A stretch of DNA of 64,000 nt, taken from NCBI GenBank assembly GCA_001780275.1, contig MFGB01000006.1, forward strand, positions 1,756 through 65,755, written 5' to 3'. Shown here in pieces: positions 1 to 9,391 of this stretch (within the stretch, counting starts at the first letter, position 1; every line of letters starts with the position of its first letter). A model generated the notes under the pieces. That model saw only the letters and a list, made by a program, of their open reading frames with translations, was not told where the DNA came from and made no database searches. The stretch is from Candidatus Falkowbacteria bacterium RIFOXYA2_FULL_47_19 (GTDB lineage Bacteria > Patescibacteriota > Patescibacteriia > Patescibacteriales > UBA12075). The position numbers and the translations under genes are program-made.

Positions 1-58
1 CCATGGACTTAATTGATTATGCGTTTAGGATATAATTAATGATTTGATCTGATATTTT

Positions 59-1999
59 CTAAATTATCTTATTTATCCAGCCGAAAGTATTCTCTAAAAT
101 GTTCAAGATTATCTGGATGATCGATTCTTTCTTTTTAGCGGTCATGAAAGTGTGCGGCTTGGAAATCACGGTATTCCCCCCCGAATCGATAGATTCGACC
201 TTAAAGCTGTAAACCAGACCTGGTTTGAATTTCGTGATAACGATCACATGCTCCTTCGTGTAGTTGTTGTTGAGGTCGGTGGCCTCGCTTAAGGTCGCGT
301 CGCCGCCGTGCACCCCTTCCTGAAAATATACCCGCGAAGTCGACGGCTCGTTGGTCAGCCAGGAGATTATGGCCTGGGTCTTATTGCTCCGGTCCACGAA
401 TACGGTTGAATCCGCTTTGATGTGCGAAATAATAGGCGGCAGATCGTCCTCTGACGTTGAGAAACGGTCCACTGTCTCGGAGGCCAGGTTTCCTTTGGCG
501 TCGATGCTTACTATCTGCACTTCATAAAAAGTGCCCGCTTCGAACTCGTTGACCTCTATCTCGTGTATGACCGATACCGCCGTGTCTTTGATGGTTTTCG
601 ATTGGTCTATGGAAAGGACATTGCCGCGATAGGGTGAAAACTTGATAGCCGAATCCGCTTCCTTATTGGTCGTCCATTTGAATACCGCCGTTTCGTTATC
701 CACTATCTGGGTAAAGTAGCTCGTGATCTCAAGCTCTTCGATCGAAGTCCGGAAAGTATAATCCCGTGATCTGGCCGTGGGACCGAAACTCGCCTTGCTT
801 CTGAGTTGAAAATGGTAAAGGGTGTCAGGTGCCAGATTATATAAAGTAACTTCATGCTCCCTGGTCTGCTCTTCGGAATCGCCGGTTATCTGGAGATAGG
901 GCTCCGCCGCCCCGGGGTTGTATCTGTCTTCAGGTGCGAAGGCCACCAGTGAATTGGCCGTAATATCGGTTCGCCAACCGATAGTAGCCTGGGTCGCGCT
1001 GACGTCGATATCCGGAGCCCCGGACATAACCGGCACCGGCAAAAGGCCTGATAGCTTATCGAACGAATCGATCGTGGTTAAAGGGTCCTGCCCTAATTCA
1101 TTCAATGATATTTCGGGAAAAAGACGGCCGAAAAATTCTAATATCCGCGCTGACGTATCTTCGGGTTCTGGCTCTGGCTCGGGCTCCTCTTCTTCCTCGG
1201 GGGTGGAGGTCGCTTCTTCAACAAGCCCTTCCGTCGTGGTAAAGATAAAATTTTCAGAGTAACCGGCGTTCCCCCAGGTATCGCTCGATAAAGCGCGGAA
1301 ATTATAACGTTGTCCCGGCGTAAGATTAATGAGGACAACGGCGTGTTCCGCAACCTCCTCCCAATGTCCGTACGTATTGCCGTATGACGCAGTCTGACCG
1401 TACTCGATAAAGCTTGTCGCCTCTTCGTCTGTCTGCCAAGTAATCCGGGCCGAATCTTCCGATACCGTATCGACGGCAACATTGGAAATTACAGGCGGGA
1501 TTTTATCGGTCTTGTCTATGATCAGTATTCCGCCGCCTCCGCCAGATGCCGGCTCTTCAGGTTCCGGTTCGGCCGGCGCTGATCCGGTCGTAAAGCTGCG
1601 CACGGTATTATCGGTGGTAATACCGCCGTTGATCCGTTCCGATCTGACTTTGTAGAAATAGGTCGTGGAATAATCAAGCCCGGTAACGTCTACGCTGTGG
1701 CTGGTCGCGTTTTTAACGCCCGTCCCCTGCTCTTTGGCTGATGAGAAACCGCTATCCGTATCGTAGACAACGAAAGAGTCCGCCGCTATATTAGTGCCCC
1801 AGGTTACGGTAGCGATATTCCCGGCAACGGATTCGCTTACGCCGGAGATTACCGGGCCGTCAAAGGTATGCATAGCGTTCTCGTAAATTATATAGCTTGT
1901 GCTTTGCATGGCGGCCATGATCCCGTCCGCTGGAGCAAAGAGCATGGCAAAAAGGATCAGAACGGAGAATATCTTTAATTTTATTTTTATGGTCATCAT
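59..1999 (-). CDS. Secreted/cell-surface protein with about five tandem fibronectin-type-III-like domains
   Basis: 646-aa ORF with an ATG start and a hydrophobic signal-like N-terminus (KIFSVLILFAMLFAPADG). An Fn3/PAP-N-like pattern recurs (TW.T...A.S.V.Y ... H.V.L..L.P.T.Y.F...S). Domains are joined by EPEPEPE and SGGGGG linkers. Confidence 0.75.
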   Translation of the reverse strand: MMTIKIKLKIFSVLILFAMLFAPADGIMAAMQSTSYIIYENAMHTFDGPVISGVSESVAGNIATVTWGTNIAADSFVVYDTDSGFSSAKEQGTGVKNATSHSVDVTGLDYSTTYFYKVRSERINGGITTDNTVRSFTTGSAPAEPEPEEPASGGGGGILIIDKTDKIPPVISNVAVDTVSEDSARITWQTDEEATSFIEYGQTASYGNTYGHWEEVAEHAVVLINLTPGQRYNFRALSSDTWGNAGYSENFIFTTTEGLVEEATSTPEEEEEPEPEPEPEDTSARILEFFGRLFPEISLNELGQDPLTTIDSFDKLSGLLPVPVMSGAPDIDVSATQATIGWRTDITANSLVAFAPEDRYNPGAAEPYLQITGDSEEQTREHEVTLYNLAPDTLYHFQLRSKASFGPTARSRDYTFRTSIEELEITSYFTQIVDNETAVFKWTTNKEADSAIKFSPYRGNVLSIDQSKTIKDTAVSVIHEIEVNEFEAGTFYEVQIVSIDAKGNLASETVDRFSTSEDDLPPIISHIKADSTVFVDRSNKTQAIISWLTNEPSTSRVYFQEGVHGGDATLSEATDLNNNYTKEHVIVITKFKPGLVYSFKVESIDSGGNTVISKPHTFMTAKKKESIIQIILNILENTFGWINKII

Positions 2000-2000
2000 G

Positions 2001-2180
2001 CTATTTTATGTACTTGCGGATAAACTTCCTCACGTCACTCTCAAAGACCCGGTAGGTTTTCCGTCCGATCCGAGCCGCCTTTAGATCGCCGGATTCTATC
2101 CAACGATAAACAGTCCTCTTGTTGACCTTGAGGACCTTGGCGACTTCTTCGATTGTGAGGATGTCATCCTTGAAAAACAC
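2001..2180 (-). CDS. Small helix-turn-helix DNA-binding protein (excisionase/MerR-type HTH), absent from the supplied ORF track
   Basis: Hand-translated 59 codons from GTG (2178-2180) to TAG (2001-2003): VFFKDDILTIEEVAKVLKVNKRTVYRWIESGDLKAARIGRKTYRVFESDVRKFIRKYIK. The stop lies 1 nt upstream of the ATG of the Fn3 gene, which implies co-transcription. Confidence 0.6.
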   Translation of the reverse strand: MFFKDDILTIEEVAKVLKVNKRTVYRWIESGDLKAARIGRKTYRVFESDVRKFIRKYIK

Positions 2181-2189
2181 TGGGGATCT

Positions 2190-2729
2190 TTCTAAGAATT
2201 ATGATTTATATATAAAAATATATTTAATAGCCGGAGTTTTATTGGTTTTTATATTAACTGACAATGAACTTAAGTTAAAAAATTAATTAAAAACAGTTGT
2301 GCACAACTAATATTATTATATAAATTTTGTACACTATTGTCAACAAATATTATCCACAATAATCAATAATATTTAAAAATATATTATATTATTTAATTAT
2401 AATCTATTTTTTTCTATATTTATTTATAATTATTAAATATCTATTATTTTAAACTATATATAATTATTATACATAATAATTTACTATTGTCACAAAAAGT
2501 ATTATTTAGTGGCTTATATTATTAATTTTTAAACAAAAAAATACGCCATTTTAAGGCGTACTCTGCTAAACTGACAAAAACACAAATTGTTTACAGTTGA
2601 TTACTTATCACGAATAGAAATTTTTACCATGAATGATTTTATATCATTTGTGTAGATTGGACGATATATTCCTAGCTCAGGAGTTGAAAAATTTACAAAA
2701 AGGCTCTTTCTTATCTGCTTCCGTTCAAA
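2190..2729. promoter_or_regulatory. Extremely AT-rich 540-bp intergenic island upstream of the HTH-Fn3 operon
   Basis: Composition is visibly far below the window average. It has no ORF and contains repeated TTGT(G/A)CAC / ATTGTC words plus a perfect 12-bp palindrome. Confidence 0.5.
2534..2560 (-). terminator. Rho-independent terminator of the giant gene
   Basis: Stem tacgcc (2542-2547) pairs with ggcgta (2555-2560) around a 7-nt loop. On the minus strand it is followed by a run of 8 U (plus-strand A run 2534-2541). Confidence 0.7.
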
Positions 2730-5700
2730 TCATTTAAATTTAATCGTCCCTTTCATCTTAAACGTCCCTCCGGGGCTGAAACGGTATTTCGGCGTAGCGC
2801 CGGAATATTCGAACGCGCCGATGTCAAAAGCGTCATCATACGGCCGCGGGTTGCCGGCGATGTCGTCAGTGACCAGGGTGATCGTCGTGCCAGCATCATA
2901 AAGAACCGAGGCGATGTCGCGGATACGGAAATCGTAGTTTTGCCAATCGACAAAGGTCGCGTCCCAGATGGCAGTTGATGAGCCTAAATTTATGGCATTG
3001 TCTCCTGTGGCATCATCTGACGCATTGAAACTGAATATATCAAAATCAGCCGAATTATTATAGTCATTGGTGTAATTATTGAATATCACATTATTCTGCG
3101 CGACCACATAGGCGGAAGAATCGACAGCGATGCCGTTGTTGTTGCCATATATTGTATTATTGTATATTTCCAAATTCCAACCCGATCCCTCCTGATAGAT
3201 CGCATGCGAATCTAAGCCGGCGCCCCAACCGAATATGACGTTATTAATAACCTTTGCTCGATTTCCCGCAACAACATTACTAAAAATAAGACCATAGTTA
3301 CTGGCCCCGCTTGTATTATTGCCGTTTATTAGGTTGTTGGAAATTTCGATTCGATATGTGATAGCGTTTCCAAAACTCAAACCGCTCATCGCCTGGCTTT
3401 GATCCGCATTGATTTGCAGACCGTCAATCCTCACGTCAGAAATTTCAACATCAAAGACATCTATTATGTTTGTTCTTACTGCATATTTCTGTGGATTCCA
3501 TATCCCCTCATGTCTTTGACTCTCACCGACTTCATCTAATAAGTACGGGGTGTAAATTTTAATGTATGACGATGTTGCTGTCGTCCATCCGAAAAAAATA
3601 ATATCTGCATCGGGAAGGTAGTCTTCACTAGTGGAAGCATAGCAAGCGACAAGGTGCGCGGTATTTGAGGCGGTCAGATCTTGATTAGGTATTAAGACTA
3701 AATCATCAACTGTGTCATTAATTAGACTATTAACTCTATTTGCCTGGTTAAGAGTCCAATCTGCTATATATTCATGTGCACGGAACACCCCGACGCTTGC
3801 CGTCGTAGTGGCGGTCGGTACGCGGCCATAGCGGTCACGGACGTCATAGGTTGATGATGAGATTCGGCTGTGGATGAAGGCGACATCGTAATAACCGTCC
3901 CCGCCGAACTGGATCACGTCGCCGACGCCGACATTGGCCGGCAGGTCGGCGGAGAAAGTAGCGATTGCGGTCGTCGATGAAATGGTTACGGTTGCGGCGC
4001 TGGAATTAAGGTCATAAGGATGGCGGCCAACGCTCCTATAAAGAATGGTCGGCCCCTCCAGAGCGCCGATGTCCCATTTGGCATCATAGCGCTCCTGGCC
4101 GTCGGCGCCGTAGATAATACTTGATCTTATCGAGCCGGTGGAAGTGCTTAATGTCAGATCATAGCCGGCGTCAATGGCCGGATTCTTGCCGCCGCCATCC
4201 GCATCATCATTTTCCGGCATCAGATGGTAGTCGTTGTTGGCGGCGTCGACGAAGGTAACGGTGGTATTGGTTTGCGAGTCGGTGCCAGGAGCAGTGGCGT
4301 CGGAGGAGATATTGTTCGACGATGAGGCACTGAAACTCCCATCATAATCAACATTGGCGTTATTTACAATATTATTTATTGCATTAGGGTAGACTAACTC
4401 TGAATGAATACCAACGCTACCAATGTCGTAAATCGTGTTATTATAAATATTTATTTCTGAGCCAGGATCCAACGAGATGTACATGCCCGCGGTGTTATAT
4501 CCATAAATTATATTGTTATATATATTGTAATCGGCAGCCTCATTCCATGCGCTAATTTCTATCCCTTGATTTCCAATATTCGAAGAATTGGTTGATTTGA
4601 TTATATTATTTGTAATTATTCTCTTTCCGCCAGCACCCGTAGAATAAATACCACTTCGATAATCATCAGATCCGCCGATTTCTATCTGTAGGCCGTCTAC
4701 AATAGCATATTTTATGTCATACAGAATTAGGCCGGAATCTGCATCGGTATAAATCCTGTATTTTGTTTCTTCCCACTTCCCGCTGTGCCGGGCTGATTCA
4801 GTCGTATAGATCTTTACATAATTATACCTTTCCGTCGTCCAACCAATAAGCCAAACCTGATTAATATCTTCATTAGTCCAAACCCCATCAATCCTCGCCA
4901 CCGCGATTGCCGGATTGCCGCCGTTGATCAGGGTGGTGGTGCCTTGGCCGTCTCCGACTTGTTCGCCCGCGACGAAGGCGCCGGAAATGTTAACCAGCAA
5001 AAACTGGTCCATTACGGCGGAGGTCGTGGTGGAGAGATGGACGAGCTGTCCGGTAGCGCCGGAGGTCTGGCCGGTCATGAGGCGGGATGACAGGGCAAAA
5101 GACTGAAAGATGCCGGTGGAGCTGGTGGCGTCGAGGACGGCGGTGCCAGTGGTGGTCAAATCGGATTGGATGGCGGCTTCCCAGGATGACAGAGTTGAGA
5201 AATCGCCGCCTGTCTCCATTACCGTGGATACGAATTCAACCGAGGCATCATCGGCGCCGATATCCCAGGTGCGGATCGGTTTGCCGTCGATGTCATCTGT
5301 GACAATCGATGACACGGACGAAGTGCCTTGGTCGATGCCAGGAGAATTGGGGGCGAGATGGTAATCTTGATTGGCTTCGTCCCAAAATATTACATTTGTA
5401 TCCTGTAATGAATCATCACCCGGCGCAGTGGCGTCCGATGAAATATTGTTGCCATAGGAAGTTATAAATCCGGCTCCGACATTGCCTAGATCAAAACTTG
5501 TTCCATTGCTTTGGACTAAATTGTTTTTTATATTCAGATAAGCAGACGTCGGCCACCCTGCTATATTTATGCCATCATAATTATTGTTAATTATCGTATT
5601 ATTATGTATTGAAATATTCGAATCTTCTGTTCCACCTGTATATATACCGACGTTGAATCCTTTAACTATGTTATTCCATACATACATCTTATTCTTGCCG

Positions 5701-8700
5701 TAAGGTAGGTCAATCCCTAATGGTCCGTCAGGTGTGATACTTGAATGTCCGTGATCGGAATAAATTAAATTATTGCTGATATAGTACTCGCCGTTATCAT
5801 GTGTGCCATGATTATCCTGAATTCCGCAATGTGCCTCTCCTGCTTCATCTAAAACACCGGTTTCTTTTAGTTGCAGGCCATCAATACGGATAGAAAGTAA
5901 CGACTGTCCAATGCTTATAACCCCAAAATAATCTTCTACGCTTATATTATATTTAGTGTCATCCCATTTGCCCGGATGCCTTTGCGATGCGCCGACCTCG
6001 CTGGATGTTACAGGCGTGAAAATCTTGATGAAATTCTGTTCGCTCGTAGCCCAGCCTTCAACCACCACCGCTTCATCATCTCCATTTGAACTCGCGTAAG
6101 CGGCGATCATTTGGACAGTGTTTGATGCGACCAGGTCGTCCGACGCTAAAACCACCCAGTCATCAACAGTATCGGAGATACCGGAATTGACGTTTTCAAC
6201 TGTTTGCGTTTCCCAATCATTCAAAGTCAAATGCGCCCGATAGATATTGAACGCCGCACTCGTGGTCGCGGTCGGCGCACGCGTGTCCCAGGCCTGGACG
6301 CTATAGACGGTTGAAGAAGAACGGCCAGTGATGAAGGCCAGATCATAATACCCGGCCCCGCCGAATTGGATCACATCCCCCACCCCGACATTATCTGCCT
6401 GCGCGGCGGAAAATGTGGCTGTCCTCGTTGACGAAGAAATCGTCACTGTGCCGGTCGAACCAAGCGAAGCCGTGTCATTGCCGACGCTACGATACTGTTT
6501 GGCCGCGGTTTCATCTGCGCCAATGTCCCAGCCAAGGTCGTCGGGGTTGCGGAGAGCGCCGTCAATGTCGGTACTAAAACTTGATATTACGTCCAAAGTC
6601 GAGCTTGAGCTGTAATCAAAACCGGCGTTTCTCGCACCCGCGTCGCTTTCGGCCAGATGGAAATCCTCGGCATTGGCCGTTGTAGAAACGAAAGAAAAAA
6701 CCTGATTGACGAGCGTGTTGGCGCCCCCGGTCGGAGTATCGCTTATGTCGGTGGCATTATGGGTCGTCGCGGCCGCGAAAGCACCGTTAAAAGGATCGGT
6801 GGAAGAGGCGATAATATTATTTATCGCGATAACTGTCCCGTTATCCTGTTCAATGCCCCGCCCGAAATTATAGATCGTATTGTTATAAAAATAGCCGGTG
6901 CCAAGATCGCAATTGAAAAATATTCCGCCGTATAACCAAAAGCCGGTAGTATAGATAATATTATTAAAAGCCTTGACCAAGCGGCAATTCGTAAATTTTA
7001 CTCCGCCGGAACCGAGTTGCGTATTGGTGTAGCCGACAGCCAGGTTGGAGGAATATTCAAACTCTCCTAAATCGTTATAAGAGTCAAAATTCGTTATAGC
7101 GTCCCAGGTTCCGTTAGCCGTGCTTACGAGCTGGAGTCCCTGGACTTTCGCGTAATCTTCCACGATATTCAAGGGCTCGTCAATTGAGACCAAGCGGTAT
7201 TTTGAATCGGAAAAAACGCCGTTGTGCCGGGCCGCGTCGGCCGTATAAATTCTTATATAATTATCATTATCCGTCGTCCAGCCGGTAATTGAAACCGCTT
7301 GTGTGTCCGAGGCGCTCCATTCTCCGTCTATCATCGCGACCGCGATCGGAGAGGCGCCGAGAGAGTCGCCGGTACCCGTGACGGTCCACATATTCGTGGT
7401 TCCGCCGGTATAGCGGAACTGCGTTCCGGAAGCGGCGATTAAGGGGCTTGAGGTGCCGGTGATCCCGTCCACCAGTATCTGGTCCGTGGTCGTGGCCACG
7501 ACCACGACGTTAATGCCGGTGTCAGACCCGCCGACATAAACGTCCAGCGAATTATTTTCGTTCAAAGTGCCGGTTTTCCAGCCCGAGAAAACCCGGGTCG
7601 TGGAAGCCGAGAGATTTGATTCCACTAGGTTTTCCCAGTCAAAAAGACGGCTATAGTCGCGATTGGCGCAGTCCCCGCCGGCCGAATTCGTTTCGCAGAT
7701 CGTGGACACGAATTCTTGCCCGACTTCGTCGGCGCCGATGTCAAAAGCCGCTCCGCGGGCCGTATAATCGATATCATATTGGACGGGCGCGGAAGCATCC
7801 CAAAAAACCGTGGAAGTGCCGGCGTTTATAGCGGCTGTGTCATCGGACGCCAGGTGAAAATCATAATTTGCCGCGTCCAGAAACGACACGCTTGTTAATG
7901 ATTTAGAATCATCGCCTTCCGCGTCATTCAAATTAGAGATATTGTTGCCTGAAGCGCCGTAAGTGCCGCGGAATCCATAGATCTCGCAATCCTGCGCGAT
8001 ATTATTGAAGGCGTAAACAGTAAGTGTGGTTTGATTATAAAAGCATTCGCGGGCGGAAAACACGGTGTTATTATAAATATAGCCGGTCGAATCGCCTCTG
8101 ATCCTGATGCCGATATTGTTATCAAAGTTAAAAACAATATTATTAGTTATGTAAATCCTGGCATAACGATTATCGCCCGCAACGCCCAAGCCAATGCCGG
8201 AATTGTAAGCTGAACTGTTAACGGCTTGGACAATATTATCTCCAAGATAAATTTCATTTTGCCCGGCAGTTAATGTTCCGTTTACCACTATTCCATATCT
8301 ATAATTTCCGCTGATCGTTCTTTTTACCTGCAATCCGTAAACCCGCACATGATCCTCTGATATATTGACCGATGCCGAAGCGTCGGATGTGCTTAAAACG
8401 TACTTAGCATCATCCCACTTCCCCTTGTGCCTCCCGTAAGTATCCGTCGGATCGGTCCAGATTTTAATATAGGTCGTGGTAGCGGTCGTCCAACCAAGAA
8501 TTTCAACCGCCGTTGTGTCGTCCGTGCCGCCGGTAGAGCGGCAAGTGGCGACGGCGATGGCCGAGTCGCCGGCCGCCTGGGCGCCGGAAAGGGTGAAATA
8601 CGAGGCGCTGTTGCAAGTGGTGTTCGTGTACCAAACGTCATTCGCCTGTTTCGCCGTCCCGCCGGCGATCGACCGGAGGAGGATCTGGGAGGAAGAAGCG

Positions 8701-9023
8701 GCATGGACAAGAGTGGCCGTATTGCCGGTCTGGTATACTCCGCTCCGGCAGAGATAGACCGCCGTGTTGTCCGCGATCCCGCCCGTCCGCGTGCCGGAAA
8801 AGACCTGGGTGGTGGTGGCCGCGAGATCCGACTGCACCGCCGCCTCCCAGGCCGCCAAGCTCGTATAATCGGTACCGACGGCGTTGTCGGGATCAATTAT
8901 GGAGATGAATTCGGTGGTTGCTTTTGACGGGCTTGGAAATAATAAAAAAATACCGATTGACAACAAAAGGGAAATTAGAAATTGGAAATTAGAAATTGGA
9001 AATTTAAAACTATACTTTCTCAT
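2730..9023 (-). CDS. Giant (2097 aa) secreted right-handed parallel beta-helix repeat protein built from five tandem ~400-aa modules
   Basis: One uninterrupted ORF with an ATG start and a signal-like N-terminus (LISLLLSIGIFLLFPSPSKA). Dense NN(I/V)(I/V)..N beta-helix turns are present. Each module ends in D(Y/F)HL....(I/A)DAG ... (W/F)DIGA(D/L/F)(E/D). Confidence 0.85.
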   Translation of the reverse strand: MRKYSFKFPISNFQFLISLLLSIGIFLLFPSPSKATTEFISIIDPDNAVGTDYTSLAAWEAAVQSDLAATTTQVFSGTRTGGIADNTAVYLCRSGVYQTGNTATLVHAASSSQILLRSIAGGTAKQANDVWYTNTTCNSASYFTLSGAQAAGDSAIAVATCRSTGGTDDTTAVEILGWTTATTTYIKIWTDPTDTYGRHKGKWDDAKYVLSTSDASASVNISEDHVRVYGLQVKRTISGNYRYGIVVNGTLTAGQNEIYLGDNIVQAVNSSAYNSGIGLGVAGDNRYARIYITNNIVFNFDNNIGIRIRGDSTGYIYNNTVFSARECFYNQTTLTVYAFNNIAQDCEIYGFRGTYGASGNNISNLNDAEGDDSKSLTSVSFLDAANYDFHLASDDTAAINAGTSTVFWDASAPVQYDIDYTARGAAFDIGADEVGQEFVSTICETNSAGGDCANRDYSRLFDWENLVESNLSASTTRVFSGWKTGTLNENNSLDVYVGGSDTGINVVVVATTTDQILVDGITGTSSPLIAASGTQFRYTGGTTNMWTVTGTGDSLGASPIAVAMIDGEWSASDTQAVSITGWTTDNDNYIRIYTADAARHNGVFSDSKYRLVSIDEPLNIVEDYAKVQGLQLVSTANGTWDAITNFDSYNDLGEFEYSSNLAVGYTNTQLGSGGVKFTNCRLVKAFNNIIYTTGFWLYGGIFFNCDLGTGYFYNNTIYNFGRGIEQDNGTVIAINNIIASSTDPFNGAFAAATTHNATDISDTPTGGANTLVNQVFSFVSTTANAEDFHLAESDAGARNAGFDYSSSSTLDVISSFSTDIDGALRNPDDLGWDIGADETAAKQYRSVGNDTASLGSTGTVTISSSTRTATFSAAQADNVGVGDVIQFGGAGYYDLAFITGRSSSTVYSVQAWDTRAPTATTSAAFNIYRAHLTLNDWETQTVENVNSGISDTVDDWVVLASDDLVASNTVQMIAAYASSNGDDEAVVVEGWATSEQNFIKIFTPVTSSEVGASQRHPGKWDDTKYNISVEDYFGVISIGQSLLSIRIDGLQLKETGVLDEAGEAHCGIQDNHGTHDNGEYYISNNLIYSDHGHSSITPDGPLGIDLPYGKNKMYVWNNIVKGFNVGIYTGGTEDSNISIHNNTIINNNYDGINIAGWPTSAYLNIKNNLVQSNGTSFDLGNVGAGFITSYGNNISSDATAPGDDSLQDTNVIFWDEANQDYHLAPNSPGIDQGTSSVSSIVTDDIDGKPIRTWDIGADDASVEFVSTVMETGGDFSTLSSWEAAIQSDLTTTGTAVLDATSSTGIFQSFALSSRLMTGQTSGATGQLVHLSTTTSAVMDQFLLVNISGAFVAGEQVGDGQGTTTLINGGNPAIAVARIDGVWTNEDINQVWLIGWTTERYNYVKIYTTESARHSGKWEETKYRIYTDADSGLILYDIKYAIVDGLQIEIGGSDDYRSGIYSTGAGGKRIITNNIIKSTNSSNIGNQGIEISAWNEAADYNIYNNIIYGYNTAGMYISLDPGSEINIYNNTIYDIGSVGIHSELVYPNAINNIVNNANVDYDGSFSASSSNNISSDATAPGTDSQTNTTVTFVDAANNDYHLMPENDDADGGGKNPAIDAGYDLTLSTSTGSIRSSIIYGADGQERYDAKWDIGALEGPTILYRSVGRHPYDLNSSAATVTISSTTAIATFSADLPANVGVGDVIQFGGDGYYDVAFIHSRISSSTYDVRDRYGRVPTATTTASVGVFRAHEYIADWTLNQANRVNSLINDTVDDLVLIPNQDLTASNTAHLVACYASTSEDYLPDADIIFFGWTTATSSYIKIYTPYLLDEVGESQRHEGIWNPQKYAVRTNIIDVFDVEISDVRIDGLQINADQSQAMSGLSFGNAITYRIEISNNLINGNNTSGASNYGLIFSNVVAGNRAKVINNVIFGWGAGLDSHAIYQEGSGWNLEIYNNTIYGNNNGIAVDSSAYVVAQNNVIFNNYTNDYNNSADFDIFSFNASDDATGDNAINLGSSTAIWDATFVDWQNYDFRIRDIASVLYDAGTTITLVTDDIAGNPRPYDDAFDIGAFEYSGATPKYRFSPGGTFKMKGTIKFK
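2808..4055 (-). repeat. Giant-protein module 5 (type B, begins LYRSVGRHPYDLNSSAATVTISS, ends FDIGAFE)
   Basis: DIGAFE codons lie at 2808-2825. Confidence 0.7.
4056..5246 (-). repeat. Giant-protein module 4 (type A, begins VEFVSTVMETGGDFSTLSSWEAAIQSDL, ends WDIGALE)
   Basis: DIGALE codons lie at 4056-4073. Confidence 0.7.
5247..6509 (-). repeat. Giant-protein module 3 (type B, begins YRSVGNDTASLGSTGTVTISS, ends WDIGADD)
   Basis: DIGADD codons lie at 5247-5264. The N-terminal ~190 aa align along their length with module 5 (VGVGDVIQFGG.GYYD.AFI ... RAH....DW ... DTVDD ... IKI(F/Y)TP ... SQRH.G.W). Confidence 0.7.
6510..7715 (-). repeat. Giant-protein module 2 (type A, begins EFVSTICET..DYSRLFDWENLVESNL, ends WDIGADE)
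   Basis: DIGADE codons lie at 6510-6527. Confidence 0.7.
7725..8918 (-). repeat. Giant-protein module 1 (type A, begins TEFISIIDP..DYTSLAAWEAAVQSDL, ends FDIGADE)
   Basis: Boundaries were placed on the DIGADE codons at 7725-7742, read directly from the sequence. Confidence 0.7.
8971..9005. repeat. Left arm of the inverted repeat bracketing the four-helix-bundle gene (gaaattagaaattggaaattagaaattggaaattt)
   Basis: The reverse complement of 9392-9418 is gaaattgaaaattagaaattggaaatta. This arm lies inside the first codons of the giant gene, where it encodes FKFPISNFQFLIS. Confidence 0.7.
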
Positions 9024-9391
9024 TTTATATTATTACAACAAGCTTTTATGTAAGAGTTTAATTTTTTATGCATTTTTTCAAGATTAGACAGCATTTCATT
9101 GTAGATCGGTTTTTGGATCAATTTTCTTTTTTGCAAAAGCAAAGTCCAATGTTTTGATTCTAAAAGCGAGCCGCGAGAATTATAATAAAACTTGATTTTA
9201 TCTTTATGATGATAACGTCCATAGCCCTCGGCGATGTTTGCTCCGACAGAATCAATGGCACAAATAAATTGATCTCCGATAATTTTTTTCGTCTGCCAAT
9301 CCATTTTTTCAAAAACGCTCCACGCTAAATCAGATGACTCAATTGCCAATTTATATATTTCCAAATTGCCTAATTTTATATAATCGGGCAT
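9020..9391 (-). CDS. Four-helix-bundle protein (23S rRNA intervening-sequence protein family)
   Basis: The sequence LEIYKLA......W.VF......K.IGDQ...A..SVGANIAEGYGRYH.KD.I.FY..SRGSL.ES is typical of the family. The track start at 9400 is a TTG; the first ATG is at 9389-9391. The TGA stop overlaps the giant gene's ATG (ATGA). Confidence 0.8.
   Translation of the reverse strand: MPDYIKLGNLEIYKLAIESSDLAWSVFEKMDWQTKKIIGDQFICAIDSVGANIAEGYGRYHHKDKIKFYYNSRGSLLESKHWTLLLQKRKLIQKPIYNEMLSNLEKMHKKLNSYIKACCNNIK

Noticed and set aside
8393-8927. 167-aa minus-strand and 166-aa plus-strand ORFs, and many other 60-120-aa ORFs nested in or antisense to the giant gene, uvrA, valS, the histidine kinase and the ATPase gene
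   Set aside because: All are embedded in long ORFs with strong family motifs. Their products are Arg/Pro/Ser-rich or otherwise low-complexity. They are typical shadow ORFs.
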